From Takakia lepidozioides (lineage: Eukaryota > Plantae > Bryophyta), in the NCBI GenBank assembly GCA_030704615.1, contig CM060732.1, positions 21,266,001 to 21,330,000 of the forward strand: a stretch of DNA of 64,000 nt, in the 5' to 3' direction. The notes under the pieces are model-generated. The model saw nothing but the letters and a program-made list of their open reading frames with translations. It did not search any database and was not told the origin of the DNA. The first letter of the stretch is position 1. Each line of letters starts with the position of its first letter. Shown here piece by piece: positions 50,901 through 64,000 of this stretch. The translations under genes were made by a program, and so were the position numbers.

Positions 50901-52137
50901 TGTCCTAGCCTTCTATGCCATAGTTCTGTTTCTGACATAGTCCTCTCGGATTGTGTAGCAAGAGCTCTTTAACTGTACAAAATATCTGTAACTTGTATAG
51001 ATCATTTTCCAGTATGGAACTTGCCACCACATTCCCTTGCTCATCTGAAATGAGACATTGACTATTGTGGAATAACACCTTATAACCAGCTATGACAATC
51101 TTTCTCACAGAAAGGAGGTTTTTAGTTAGGGAGGGAACATGCAAGACATCTTTTATCTCTCTCATGAAAATTATCTCTGTCCGGGGTCATATGCTGTGAT
51201 GCCCCAGAGTCTACATACCATATGTCACTTTGACCAGAAGAAGCTGAAAGGGAGACTACAAATAACACAGCACCATCTTTCCTAGCCATTTTTCTAGTAG
51301 CTAGAGTTGCTTGTGAAGTACTATCACCGTTTTGCTTTTCCTCCGCCATTCGTTTTCTGCAGTTCTTGATCATATGACCAGGTTGCTTACAGTAAAAGTA
51401 TTTTATTTTAGACTTCTTCTTATATCCAGACTCACTCCTACATCTTGTTTTTGAGGGGACTTCCAAGACTTCTTCTTATTACCAAACTTTCCAGAGAATA
51501 ATGCATTATCTACTCCTGTAGATGTTTGGCATTTTCTTTTTATTTCCTCTTTAAGTAATAGCCCTATGACATTATCCACCGATAGGTTGTTTTGCCCTGT
51601 TAGTGACACTACAAACCCGTCATAAGACTCTGGTAATGACCCAAGCAACACTACTACTGCATGCTCATCTGAAACCTTAGTTCCTACTGCTTCTAGTTGT
51701 CTTCTCAAGACATTGAAGGAACTCAAGTGTAACTCTACACTCTCTATTTCACTCATTTTTAGACTATAAAAATGAGTAGTGGCAAACACATTTGACGTGA
51801 CATCTTTAGTCTCAAATATTGTGGCCAACTTGTCCAAGATCGCCATTGCGGTGGAAGCAAGAGTTACTAAGTGCATTTGATTATCTCTGAGACTTGTTAT
51901 AAGACTTGCTCTAGCCCTTTGATCTTTCTTGTCCCATGCAGGTTGACCATTGGTTGTGGTTGGCCTCACTAAAGTGTCATCAACTACTGACCACAAGTCC
52001 TTGTCTAGGAAGTTCATCTCCATTCTAAATTTCCAAGTATGATAATTAGTCCCATCAAATCTATCCTCCACTCTAGCATCTAACGTGTTAAAGTTAGATC
52101 CATGGTTCCCTGAACCTGAAGGAGGTGATGACGTCAT
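47919..52137 (-). pseudogene. Copia-2 gag-pol, degraded
   Basis: FDGTNYHTWK; YCKQPGHMIKNC; WYVDSGASQHM; HSDVCGPM; SDNGGEY; GCKWIF; LYVDDA; YTDADW; SSTEAEY; ADIMTKSL. Confidence 0.94.
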
Positions 52138-53758
52138 GAGAGCATACTCTCACTAATTACATAGATGGATTCTCTCTCCACTCATCTGGTCCTAAGACCA
52201 TCTCTTTCTCTGCTTCAGATCTAAGTTGGCTCTGATACCATATAGTAAATAACAAAGAGAATTTTTGTTAGACAGTGGAGCTCTCCTCCCAACCATAGAA
52301 GCCTTATGATCAAGAACAAGATGATCGGCTTCTCCCCCGAGCTCAGAGTTTACACAGTGCAAGAGGTTCACCTCTTGAGATCTCAAACACACCTGTTTAG
52401 ATCTATCTGTTCAAATCTAGAACCAAGAGTCTTAACTGTTCAAACCTCCTAGATGCTACTAACTAATAGTAACACCTAATCTGAGTGTAGACTAACTACT
52501 TCTTCTACAGTAGGAAGGTCCAATCAATATTATCAAACGCTTTCTCAAAATGCAGCATGAGGATACCCAGGGGCTGAGCAGCCCCTTGGCTTCATGCATA
52601 ACCTTGTTTATAAGAAGCTGGTTGTCGAGAATCATTCTACCTTTAAGAAAACTTGTCTCTTCCGGTCCGATGACCCGGGATAGGATAGGCTCAAGTCTCG
52701 ATGTCAATGCTTTGACAATTATTTTGTAGGTGGTATTAAGAAGCGTGATAGGGCGGTTATTGGATATCAGGCTCCTTTCTTAAAGATTAGCGTAATGAAA
52801 CCTTCAAAGAGCTGATTAATAAATTTCCAGCCTGGCCACTGTCCCTGTTCTGTTTTTGTTTTTAAAAAAGAAAAAGAAAAAGTAGTTAGGGTCGGAGCAG
52901 GGTTTGTTAGGGGTGTAGCAGGGTGTTAACGGCTGGGACAGGGACAGGGTTTGTGGTCAAACGGTATTCCACATGCACACATTCGAATTGAGAGGATAGT
53001 TCTTCATACAATTATCAAACTTCGATGACTGTGAGCATGCAACACCCTCAAGACCATTGTTGAAAACACGAGTGTGTAAACTGCAGAGAAACTCAAACAA
53101 TGAAGTGCTTAAATAGTCCTGAAGTTATATGCCAATTCGACTTCCATGATAGTAGCCACATGTTTCTGTGACATACATCTCGTGGGTATAACTTGCATCA
53201 GTGCAGCAGACAAACATACTGTTTTTGGGTCAGACTGAATTGTCACACAAGAAACCTGAATGGAATGTATCTCGAATGTAGACATTCGGTTCTCGAGCCC
53301 ACTGATCTGTCACAAATTGCTTGCATTTTAGACTCCTCTTCTTTCTCACAAAACTTTGATTTGGAACACCACATACGTAACGATCTTTGAACACTATTGT
53401 GCAACCATCAACCGTACAGCTCAACGTTCTTGACACACGGCTTCATAGAATTTCTAGACGAGTCTAGATCTGGAGGTGTTGGGTACCAACTATTCATGGT
53501 GACATCGCGAGCTTCATATTCAATTGTTGTCAAAGAACCAGAGCCGAACCTCTGGATGAGTACTGCACGAAGCCAGCTGTGGCGGAAATACAATGAAAGT
53601 GTACAACATAGATTATAAACAGCATATTCTTACAGGATTCTAGTACACAAATACTGGACACTGTTTAAGTGTTTTGACTTCACGTGCATAGTACTTGAGA
53701 TTCTCAAGTTGCATGCAGGTCGATAGTCAGGTTGGATGTCACCGTGCGCAGGGTCTCA

Positions 53759-56429
53759 TCACACAGCACGATTTCTTGTAAAGGGAATTGCTCGAATCAC
53801 CAATGTGTGGTACATTGCTGCGAGGGCGGCCCCAATGAATGGACCTACCCAGAAGATCCACTGCACCACCATAGCCAACCAAATTCATTTGGCAGTTTAG
53901 CAAAGCTCCTTCTAGAGCTCCTCTTTGCAAGGAAAGAAAAAAGTAAAGAGGAAAAGGCTACCCCTCCTGTTAAGTTCTTCGGCAAACCCAAGCTACATGT
54001 ACGTTTGTCACCCAGGATTGGAGATTTCCCTTTTACAAGTATGTCATCGATTGTCATGTGCCAGGACCCAAGATCGTAATCTTGGAGGACACCACAAAAC
54101 TCGCTGCACTTCAGTCATCGTAGAATGCAGCACTACAGTATTGTAAGAACTCACATGCTGGCTAGTGTCAAACAGGTCGAAAATCCTCCTCTCCCCAGGA
54201 TCAAGTCATGACAATCCCAATGTGTCTTTTCAAGATTAGGGCAATTAACGTCGGGTTCTAGACAGACTTCAGGAGTCTCTTGCTTATGTCTAGGAATTCT
54301 ACAAGAGAGTATACATGTACACGTCAACTACCCACAGATGACATCAGGAGAGAGTTTTTGGTGACCAGTGAAGGTTACTTACATGTTCATCCCAGACGTT
54401 GTCTCTGTTAAAGATGATGGCCGCACCCAGGCTCCGGGCGGGATTGATGCCTGTGCCTGTGATGGGGATTGTGGCCAAATGCACCAGAAAGACTGCAAAC
54501 CCGATAGGAAGTGGCGCAAGCACCTGTCATGATGTACAAGCACGCGAGATACCGGATGAAACTCGCCTGCTAATAAGTCTCTCTTTCTCTCTCTCTCTCT
54601 CCGCTCCTTCTCCAGTTCTCAGTTCTAGATAGTGCTTGAATGCTAGCGCATAGCAGTAAGCTCATTGGGCTTTCTGTCGACGTTACAAAGCTGATTTCTA
54701 ATTTTTTTTGCAGTCTATCTATCCATTTCCTTATGGACTCAGCTCCTCTCGTCCAAGACCTTGGCAGCCACCTACTTCATATACTATTGGAGATATCAAG
54801 TCACACCACCCACTTGCTCCTGAAGTCATCCCTTCCTGGAAATTGGTTCTGATCTTCAAGAATAGTGTTAGGCATGTGTCGATGGCTCTCACATACACAT
54901 ACATGATCATAAGATACAATACTGCGAAGGTTCCAGATTGTCGTAATTTATATAATGTGCTACTTAATTCACTTATGCCCCTTTGTCATATGCTACACGA
55001 CAGTCGACAACCACACGCCACACAGATCAGGGAGCTAAAAAGAATCAGTGTTCCTTCTCGAAAGTGTGAGTCTCCTTACTGGCCCCATCCTTGCCTCAAA
55101 CGGGCCACTTACAAGCATGTACATGTGTTTCAGACAATCCAAGCGGTGCCAACAAATGCTCCAGCGAAAACGATGTATACTCGAGACTTACCGGCACATG
55201 AGAATCGCGGGCGTTACGCTTTGCATCAGTGGCAGAGAAGACGGTGTACACCAGCACAAATGTCCCGACAATCTCTGCTCCAAGACCACTCCCCCTGGTG
55301 TAGCCGTGGGAGACAGTATTGGCACCACCGCCTGCGGTCTCATAGAAGCCTGGCTGGAAGCCTTTAACTACTCCGGCTCCACAGATCGCACCCAAACATT
55401 GACATATTATGTAAAATATCGTACGTGGGAGCGATACTTTCCTCGCCAGGAACAGCCCAAACGTCACAGCTGGATTGATGTGTCCTCCTGCACGCAGTCA
55501 AGATCGTGAGATTGTGATCTTCGATGGCTTCATGTCACTGCAGAAGACAAAAACTAGTGCGACTGGAGAAGCCAAAGTACGGTTTCAGCATGCGAGAGAA
55601 ATACTTTCTTCAGAAAGACAGGAAGAAACAGCGTCCACAAAGAAAAAGAAGGCATCTAGAAGCTGAGAGGTCGACAGGTCTGTAGTTGTAAAAGAGCATG
55701 GACGAAGCCCAGACTGCTTACTTGAGAGCTGTATCCTGTCTCTGACTGCGAGAGAAGATTAACTATCAATAACTTTCAGATCGATCAAAATTTCTTTATC
55801 TGTGTCCCATCTAGATGCTCGAATGGGCTGGGGAGGTTCAGATACTTTGTTGTGAACATAGACTTCAGAAATACGACATCAAGTTCCGATCAGGATGCTA
55901 GTAGAGAAACTAGTAAATGAAAGTCTATCTTAGAAGACGTGTCGAATTTTCCGTGTCTCGACCGAGTCACATTGCACATGATGGAACCGTTTCCAAGAAT
56001 TTACAATTTCACATAGATAGCTTAAATTGAGTTGTGGAAGCGCAACTGATCAGTCCTTGACCTTCCCCTGGATGTCTCAACACACTGAGTTAAAATACCT
56101 GAGATCCCGGCAGTGCAATAGACGAGGGCAAAAATCATCCCACCAAACGCCCACGCAATGCCTTGAATGCCGACACCACTGCAACTTCCGAGTCGTACAT
56201 TACCCATCACAGTGTTGATGGTGATGTAGAGGAAGAGAAAGCTGGCAATGAACTCAGCAATCCCGGCCCTCCAGAACGACCATAATCCAAACTCTCTCCT
56301 CTCGAAAAAGGGAGTAAACGCTGGCTCGGTGTAGTCCTTGTCCACGTTCTGGGAAACCGTACCCAATGGTGCTCGCTCTCCATATTTTGTAGCTGCGCCG
56401 ACGGCGACATCATCCTCCTTATCCGCCAT
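53759..56429 (-). CDS. PIP1: Plasma-membrane intrinsic protein, PIP1-type aquaporin; exons 56429-56099, 55487-55192, 54523-54383, 53860-53759 (289 aa)
   Basis: GT-AG introns at the conserved PIP positions (296-nt and 141-nt middle exons); [10 protein letters not shown] and [12 protein letters not shown] boxes; PIP1-like N-terminus and short C-terminus IRAIPF. Confidence 0.96.
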
Positions 56430-58500
56430 GAACGCTGCTTCTTTCCTTTTCGCCTGGTTTCAGAACTTAGAGCTTGTGGGTATGTGGCGCTGGGGCAGTT
56501 GGCTGATTCTAGTACTTCTTGGAAGAGTTGAGAACACTCTGAAGTCGGTGTCCAGGTTCACTTGCACGGTTGCCCAAGTTGGTGCTCAATTTCAGATCTT
56601 CCGAATATTCAAGGCCTTGACAAGAAATTCCACACTTGTAAGTCTGGTTGATGGTTGGACGAAAGATCATGAAGATAATGGTCAGTCCGGAAGAGAACCA
56701 GTTGAGGCAGAGTCGGATACCGCTTGCAGAGGGAAAGAAGAGAATGTATTGGATGCCAAAACAGGTTCTCGAGAACACTTTAATGCTGTGAACACTCGCA
56801 ACAGGGAGCCAGAGAGAACTTGGGCTTACTAAAGCAACAGCTTAAGGTACAGCTGGAGCAACCTGGAGTGACCACTGGAGAGAAGCGGATCCGAAGAGGA
56901 GAGGAGATAGGAACTGTCTTGTATACCCGGTACCTAGCTGGTGCCTGACTCAAAAGGTTTTGTACCTCTACAGCTCAGGCTCGGGTGACGCCATGCACGG
57001 TGTGGCGCATTTGTTGGAGGACGTCAGCTCGTGCTAAGAGGTGGGGACTTCTTTAGTGTGGTCGGCTGATTCCTCCAATTTACCAGACTGTCCACTTCTG
57101 GGAGAAAAAAGTCCGAGTTAAACCCAATTTGCATTTGAGGAATTTGAAGCTGGCCATTGGCCTACACAGTGCCCAGGACACTGGTCCACTCTCTGGGACG
57201 GTCCTGATCCTGAGATGGATAGAGCTTCTGGCACTGTTGCAGAACGGCTATCCTTTCGCAGAGTTCCCGAGGCAGTGTTGCCAGACTGCGCACTGGCAGC
57301 CACTTCTCTTGTACAATTTACATCTCTGAGATTCTTCAAGAGTTACATGGGGTCTGATCTCCAACAGCTCTCTTCGTGTGATGTCTACGTGCCATTACAT
57401 TGTGAGCTGATCACCACCTTTGGTGCAGGTATACTCTAAACGGATCACTAACACAGCATCTATTCAACAATATTTTGGATTCCTCACATTCTTTAGAATA
57501 TTTGCTCCAAGAGCTCTCTCTCTCCAGGCCTGTTTCCATGACCGCTTGATCATGGAAGTAGAATCAAACAGAGTTTGACATAGTCAACCTCACAATTGCA
57601 TACAGAATTTGGGCTCCTGGCCCCCCCCCCCTCAAAAAAAACTCAAAAAAAGAAATACCCTAAAATTGCCCAGGGAAATCAGAAAGATGACATGTAGTAA
57701 GCTAGTGTTAAGCCCACGTGAGCATCGAATCAGGTGCCATATGTTGGTCAACCCCCATTATAATAACAACCACAATGTTTAATGTTGACCTTTGGCTGGT
57801 GCCCCACAGGGAGCCTTCTACTTTGAAAGACCTTAAGAAAAAAGAAAAAAAGAGACCTTACTTTTCCTCTCACTGTAATTAAGGGGCCGGGCCATTTGTG
57901 AGCCGAAATCAAAAACAAAGAAAAGGGAACCTCACAATTGTAGGCAAGCTTGCGAAACCCCCTTCAGTCTCAGAGTAGTGACCCCCCATCCTTTTTGAAA
58001 AAGATATTTTTTGATCCTGGATTGGGTTCTTTTCTTTCGTTCTTTCACACCCACTATGCATAAAAGCTTTTCATGTTCGCATTATGAAATGCAGACAAGA
58101 GAAACAAACAAGAGAGAAAAACTAGGGCCAAGTAATAAGCGCACTTCCATGCGTGACATTGGCTTTGGTGAGAGTTGTGGATGTGTACTACTACCTAGTG
58201 TGGGTCGGGAAAGCATTGTCGACAGGGATGACAACCCTAGGATGTGTGGCCCATCCCAAAGGGCCTTTCCATTTTGACTCCCTTTAACACCTCAAGGAGG
58301 AGTAGGAGGTGGTGGGGGCTGGAAAACCGCTTGAATTCTGGGACCACGGCTCCTTCCTAGCCTGGTCATTCCGAGTCCAGTCTACACACCACAGGTTTGG
58401 ATATACATGGCCAGCCCATCTAAAAAGAAATGGTAGAAATCCACCATTGGATCTCCAATATGACAAAGGTTGATCGAAGAAAGTATAGGCTGGTTTTTTC

Positions 58501-59256
58501 CACTGTTGGGCGGGTATTACTTTTTCTAATACCAGACGGGCCGGGTATTGAAAAGAAATTAATTTGCAATACCAGCCAGTTCCATAGTATTGAAAGATTC
58601 CCTTACTTTTAATATCCATAGGTTCTCAATAGTAGTATGATTTTCGAGTTGCGGACGGGGTATCAATAGGATGGGTATTCCAATCTAATACCAGCCGGTT
58701 ATGAACCCGGGTATAAATAAGGGAAAAAAAAAAAAAAAAAAAACCACTAAATCATTAATATGTACTGAATTTAGAATATTTCAGATGATTTCACAAAGAA
58801 ATTAATTATTATGTTGCAAAATTCAGTCTTTGCATTACATAATAACAACGTTGCACATTTTAGTATCCAAATTGAAGCAAGCTTAGTCAAAGAAGACTGA
58901 TTGCAACCACATAAGACACCCTTCATGTGCTAAAAAAAATAAAGAATAGGGACAGCCCGCCCTACATGTGGTAAGAAATGAAGCATAGTGGGGGCCTTGG
59001 GGCTGGACAAGCCATCCCTCACATGTGCACCCTCTGAGATGTGCACCTCTTACTCTGACACCTGACATATTGTGCACCCAGCCAATTTCCTATTCATACC
59101 ATGGTATAGTCCTTGTGTATGCACCCGGGTATTGCCTTGGCAATACCAGCCGGTCCGGTTATCAACCATAGTATTGGAATTGTCAATACCAGCCGGGTAG
59201 GTTATTCAATACCCTGGTTGATACCCGGCCAGACCCTATATACCAGTCCAACACTG
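58501..59256. mobile_element. Non-autonomous hAT-type element (MITE)
   Basis: 8-bp TSD GTTTTTTC at 58493-58500 and 59257-59264; imperfect TIRs CA(C/G)TGTTGG..GGTA; subterminal AATACCAGCC / GGTATT repeats. Confidence 0.85.
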
Positions 59257-60414
59257 GTTTTTTCCTCCCTTGTAGCGCGAGTTTTATTTATTTTCGGCAC
59301 CCATAAAATGTTGCGGTCCGAATGTGAGTTCGATACTAGGTCCAAATTTCGAGCTAAAAGGCTTAAAGATATGATGGGGCTCCTTTACCATAGCCCCCCA
59401 CTCAACGTATTTGAAGCAGAAGGAATGGGCCTTGCTAGCATTTTACTCTAAAATTGTGCAAATTCTATTCATTAAGTTGTTTCACCCTAGCCTAGTGGTG
59501 GTGTAAGGTAGGCGACTAACACCCCAATTTATCCAAGTATTACAGAATAGGAATAGGGTAGTGGTACATGAATCCTGCCTTTTTAGTGACAAGAGAGACT
59601 ATTAGCAATTTGCGGCGCCAAAATACGATGTTATGTTCCATTTACAATCGATAGCTACCCCTCTCCATACCCGCCATGGACGTATAGCCTATACGCTAGC
59701 TTCGGCCGGAGTCTTTTCCTTCCCGGATGTAACTTCTCCAAGCACCCAAGCACCCCCAACTGAACACCCCTCGATCTTTTTTTTTGGAGTTACTTGCAAG
59801 AAAAGGATGGGGTAAAAAGGGGAGTCGGTTGGTCGGGGCGGCGGGTCGGCTCCACCCAATGGTGTGGGACCTTGGTTAGTTTTATGGGGCGGTCGGATCA
59901 CTTCACCGGATTATTCTTCCACAAGAAAAAGAAGGAAAATTGTTTTGCCACAGTTTGTTCCGCATCGCGCTTTGACCCCAAGACCTTCGCCTTCTGGGTG
60001 CTGGTATTGGTGCACGTGGCCCAGAACCGACCAAAGGACGGTGTCCTGTCGGCGTGGGGCCCTGTCTGAAGTCTGAACGCCAACAAACTTACTATTATTG
60101 AATTATTGAATTGGGCCACCCTATTTATCCTATATCAGGCTATTAGTTGATGGTCTGGAATTAAAACACCGAAAGTTTACATTCGCAGTGGGTCCCTTGA
60201 ACAAAAGATGCCGCCATAAAAAGCCTCATCCACGTGTCCAGTTGAGCCAGTTTGGAATGTGGAATATATTTTTTTGGCTGTTTGTGAGCAACTCCTCATC
60301 CATCCAACTATGGATGGCCCAAAAATCATTCATCCATTCAAATACTCCGACGGTCAGTTAGATACTTTGCTTCTGTTTATAAATTAAACATGGCTGCAAT
60401 TGGTTGAGCAGGGA

Positions 60415-60496
60415 GTCAGCATGGCCGAGTGGTCAAGGCGATAGACTTGAAATCTATTGGGCTTCGCCCGCGCAGGTTCGAACCCTGCTGCTGACG
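60415..60496 (+). tRNA. tRNA-Ser (anticodon UGA)
   Basis: GTCAGCA/TGCTGAC acceptor stem; D arm TGGCCGAGTGG; anticodon arm ATAGA-CTTGAAA-TCTAT; long variable arm GGGCTTCGCCC; T arm GGTTCGAACC. Confidence 0.97.
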
Positions 60497-60870
60497 ATTC
60501 GTGTGCATACGAGAGAACACGGTTATTTATTATTTTGCATTCACTTTTAGCGTTGGGTGTGATTCCAGGATCCGAGTAGTTTTTGCAGAAGATGTGAAAG
60601 AAGAGAGGGAATGGGGTTTGCAAAGGAGGTCAGGATCATGTGAGTAGCTGCTGCTCTGCGTCACGCCCTCTCTCGCGATCAGTCGCGTGCATAGGGGCAA
60701 CAGAGAGTGCATCTCCCACTGTGAGATCTTGGCAACTGAGCGGTAAGATCTCCTTCCCAGTCTCACAAAGAGTCGGATACACTTGCTGCCATCGTTTCAT
60801 TCCGGCCCGTTTCATTCGTTTAGAAAGTCTGTAGAAGGGACTGCACATTGTGTTGCATGTCACGTACCCA

Positions 60871-61146
60871 GCTCTCAAATTGTCAATAGTTTTGTCTCGG
60901 CTACCTACTCGCGCCTCAGTCTCCAATTGCGCCACTAGCAACTTACTCTTGAGTATTGCAACCTAATCCGTGAATAATAGGGATGTGCAAGTGACTGGGG
61001 AGAAGGAAGCTCTAAAATTGTCAGTAGTTTTGTCTCGGCTACCTAACTCGAGCCTCAGTCTCCAATTGCGCCACTAGCAACTTACTCTTGAGTATTGCAA
61101 CCTAATCCGTGAATATTAGGGATGTGCAAGTGACTGGGGAGGAGGA
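60871..61146. repeat. Tandem duplication, two ~138-bp units
   Basis: 60871-61008 is almost identical to 61009-61146. Confidence 0.9.
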
Positions 61147-61572
61147 CTAGGAAGTAATTGGAGGCCAGTTGCATTTTAGAGTGGCTTTTGAGATCTGCGC
61201 ACTTCATTATAGTTGAAGATTGGGCTCTGGAGTACAGAGGATTAGTGATTTGGAAAGTGAAATTGCAGAAGAAATGGTAGAATGTACGAGGCTGGCTACT
61301 TTCTCCCTCGAACAGTTTATAGAGATTAACTATGCCTGACTTGGTACAGAAGACATCCCTCTGTGCTTTGGCTTCATGACAGCATACTCACAGGGAAGGT
61401 CCGGTTAACAGAGTCCTGTAGCATCAAAACTTCCTGTGGCCTGTGGCAGTAGAGATGCTTTACCAGGAAGTTACACAAATCAACCAGTTCCTGAGTTGTC
61501 AAGGCTACTCAGTACAGAAAAATGCCTCTCAAAACTCCTGCAAATCTGGCATCTACCAATGCACATCAATAC

Positions 61573-63202
61573 TCAGTTCATCTGGCGGATGAGAGCATTC
61601 AGCTTGTCCTCGCGGTTTCCAGCATCTCCAGACTCAATGTAGTGATTGCGCTTCTTCTTCAACCCGCCCAAAGGACAGCTCAACTTGAAAGGCCAAAGAA
61701 AGTTGTTGGCCTCCTTAAAATGAGGACCCACAGTGTAGATTTCATGGATAAGGTCTTCAATACATATGATCCCGTACTTGCCAAGTGCCTGCAAGTTACC
61801 CCCGATCAAGACTATTTTTACAAGAAAATTTTCAATTTCGTCTGAATTACGTATGACACAATCTTGAATGGACTGCTAGAAAACAAGGTTAATTCTCAAA
61901 CTGAGTCAAAGAAGGAGAATGTTGCCATTTAAGCACATCTAATCGAGCAAATGAGTCAGAATAGCAGCACTTACCTCCTCAATGATGGAGTTGTCAGTTA
62001 ATGCAGTGCGGGCCTTGTTCGACTTCCCGTAACCACGCTTATAAATAAGCTCCTTCACGCTCTTCATGTTAGGGTAACTGCACTCACAACAAATTGAAGA
62101 GAAGTGAATAGTGTTATCAGCTATCAACTACTTTTGATCCAACTGAAATCATGACATTCTGTTTGAGCGAGACGAAGAATCACAAGATTTCTTACCCATA
62201 TGTGACATAAGGTTCAACCCTGCGCAACATGTTCACGGTGGCCTTGTTGACTTTCATGAACACCCCATTGAAAATCTGTCACCAATCAAACCATGCGTGA
62301 GGGCAGTTGGACAATCGAACACAACCGTGGAGGGCGCAATTCAATGCTGAACGAAGGAAGACTCTTCTACATATTGATCATACGTCCATCCACACTAAAC
62401 CCTAAGCAAGTGTGTGCAAGCAAAAAAAGATGTGTTTTGCCTCACCTGCCTTAGCCGAAGAAGCTGCAAAATTTTCCGGGTCTTGGGGTGCATGTCATTG
62501 ATACTGCATCCAAACAACCAAGCTAATTAGTCCAAGCCACTTGACAGAGAATACCGGCATGTGATAAAACAACACCACCACCACCTGTGTGAGAAGCCTT
62601 AGGCCGCACCTTGCAGTAGCCCTGATAGGCTGTGATAATACAAAATACTAACTACCGCAACTCGCAAATGGCCGAGCCAACATGCAAAGGGTTCTCTGAG
62701 GATACAAGGACGAGAAGGGAATGGTGGGACATGCAAAACAGTAACACTACGAACGCATATTGGAAAGCACATACCCCCGAATTCTGATGACAAACATAAG
62801 CTTGGCCTCAGATTCGACGTAGAACCCACCCTTCAACTTCGCCTCCCGCTTCAGTCTGATCAAGTCTGCCTCCTGCATCTCAAATGTCACATTACAAAAG
62901 GCACTAGATGCATATTCACACAGGCTTCGCATGGCAGAGCGATCCACGCCCACATCCCCTGTTCAATGCCTACCAGGAAAACTTGGTAAGTTGATTTTCC
63001 CTAAACCTGAACACACCTGCGCCCTGTACTCCTTGATGTACAGCTCCGCCCGCTTGAAGATAACCTGCCGATTCTTGGCATTCTTCGCCTTGGATGCCTC
63101 GAGCTGCTCCTTCCTGTTAGCAGCCCACAGCTCGTCGCGCTTGCGCTTCTTGAGCAGCGACTCTGGCACACTGGGGGCGGGCGCCTCTGCCTCGCTGCTC
63201 AT
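61573..63202 (-). CDS. RPL7: 60S ribosomal protein L7 (uL30); exons 63202-63017, 62872-62775, 62503-62446, 62275-62196, 62077-61975, 61788-61573 (246 aa)
   Basis: [11 protein letters not shown]; FVIRIRGIN; LLRLRQIFNGVF; [18 protein letters not shown]; [14 protein letters not shown]; GDAGNRE. All introns are GT-AG with consistent phase. Confidence 0.97.
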
Positions 63203-64000
63203 CTTGCTCCGATCTCTCTCTCTCTCTCACACAAATCCCTCACAGATCTTCCAAGCGCAGCAGCAGCACACGACGCTGTGGACAAAAGGAACCTCTCTGC
63301 AGGGGCCGCTGCGTTTCTTCCCTCCCCACATCTCTTGCCCTAATTTCTACAAACACTGACCGTTAGATGGATAGCATCCACGCCCTCAACTTGAGTGCAT
63401 CTGAACCGTCAGATCTCAAGAATTACATTATCACCATAATAATATGCAATTGTTTCTTTATCCACCACAGTTGGATCGAGCACTGAGTTGCCCAACACCT
63501 GAGGAGGTAGCAGGATTTGAACCCAGAATTACCGGTATGATCTCCCTTGTGTGTCTTTTTCTCGTTCCACTCTTATGCTTTTGGCAATGACCATCTTGCC
63601 GCAGCAGTTAACGCTGCAGTTGGAGTCAGTCAGACACCCCACTTATAGTATTGAGCTCAAGGTAGTGAGTGGGTCGTGAGCTAGAAGGGATGATCCACAC
63701 AGGGGCACCCATATGAATCATGGCTTTAAGCACTGTAATAAAGGAGGCTACACCTGGAGAGTATGGTGAGACCTACAAAAACTACGTTTATGACAGTATC
63801 AGGAGAGAAAGTGAAGTCTTTGGGAGTTATGCGAAAGCTGCTCATTCTGGTTGGGCAACCAGAAGTGAGTACAGACATTTTTATCAATGAATCAGACAGC
63901 TTTGAGATGATTGACCAAGAATGATGGCATAGAGATTATTCTTGGATCCCACAATTTTACCATTTCAATTCCCCATCTTGGATGACCAAGGGAAAATGTT

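Larger units (their letters stand above)
35848..52509 (-). mobile_element. Copia-2 Ty1/copia LTR retrotransposon with TG...TA LTRs; 3' LTR split by CACTA B
   Basis: 5' LTR 52241-52509; 3' LTR 35848-35884 plus 47631-47863; TSD GTAGG at 35843-35847 and 52510-52514; PBS (reverse complement of GCTCTGATACCA) ends at 52240; PPT adjacent at 47864-47878. Confidence 0.95.
33095..52810 (-). mobile_element. LINE-B (L1-like, 5'-truncated), antisense inside the LINE-A 3' UTR and split by Copia-2
   Basis: Poly(T) at 33095-33106 with TTTATT nearby; zf-RVT ORF 33786-34328; RT YADD at ~35589; FEKAFDNIDWTFL|HRVMEKMG joins across the Copia-2 insertion; RPITLLNTTYKI at ~52740. Confidence 0.9.
26131..52881 (+). 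mobile_element. LINE-A (L1-like, 5'-truncated with 5' inversion); host of the nested insertions
   Basis: Inverted segment ~26131-26520 on the minus strand; sense segments 26520-26780 and 31877-33094 (zf-RVT-like WKHIWKDIW..KISAFFWK..ESIEHCL); 3' end AATAAA..CCCTGTTCT..A-rich tail at 52815-52881, similar to the LINE-B tail. Candidate TSD GTAGTT at 26125-26130 and 52882-52887. Confidence 0.7.

Noticed and set aside
52882-52960. Telomere-like TTAGGG/CAGGG words
   Set aside because: Too few and too degenerate to call an interstitial telomeric array.
54708-55509. Long + strand ORFs overlapping PIP1
   Set aside because: Antisense shadows of PIP1 exons and introns with no recognisable motifs.

Overview
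Eukaryotic nuclear DNA from a land plant. The intron style, the PIP1 sequence and the TE families suggest a non-seed plant such as a bryophyte, but this is an inference. Positions 1-52.9 kb are a block of nested transposons. (i) CACTA element A (left end outside the window, right TIR ending 17277) has its transposase gene and a TnpA-like gene arranged head-to-head. The TnpA-like gene is split by a full-length chromoviral Ty3/gypsy element (7383-14357, TSD ATACG) and carries an in-frame FCP1/NIF-type HAD phosphatase-like domain. (ii) A decayed Crinkler-type REase-like pseudogene is followed by an endonuclease-encoding Helitron (Helentron-like) remnant at about 18.7-25.3 kb. (iii) A 5'-inverted LINE contains Copia-1 (itself carrying a MITE) and a second, antisense LINE. 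That second LINE contains Copia-2 (TG..TA LTRs), whose 3' LTR contains complete CACTA element B (35885-47627), which is also head-to-head. Positions 53-64 kb hold host genes: a PIP1 aquaporin, tRNA-Ser(UGA) and RPL7/uL30, plus a hAT MITE. The best candidate for a new system is this divergent-gene CACTA lineage. Its TnpA-like protein starts with a helix resembling the HELLS/DDM1-binding helix of CDCA7, and in element A it has gained a CTD-phosphatase-family domain. Domain calls come from motif recognition by eye, not from database searches.
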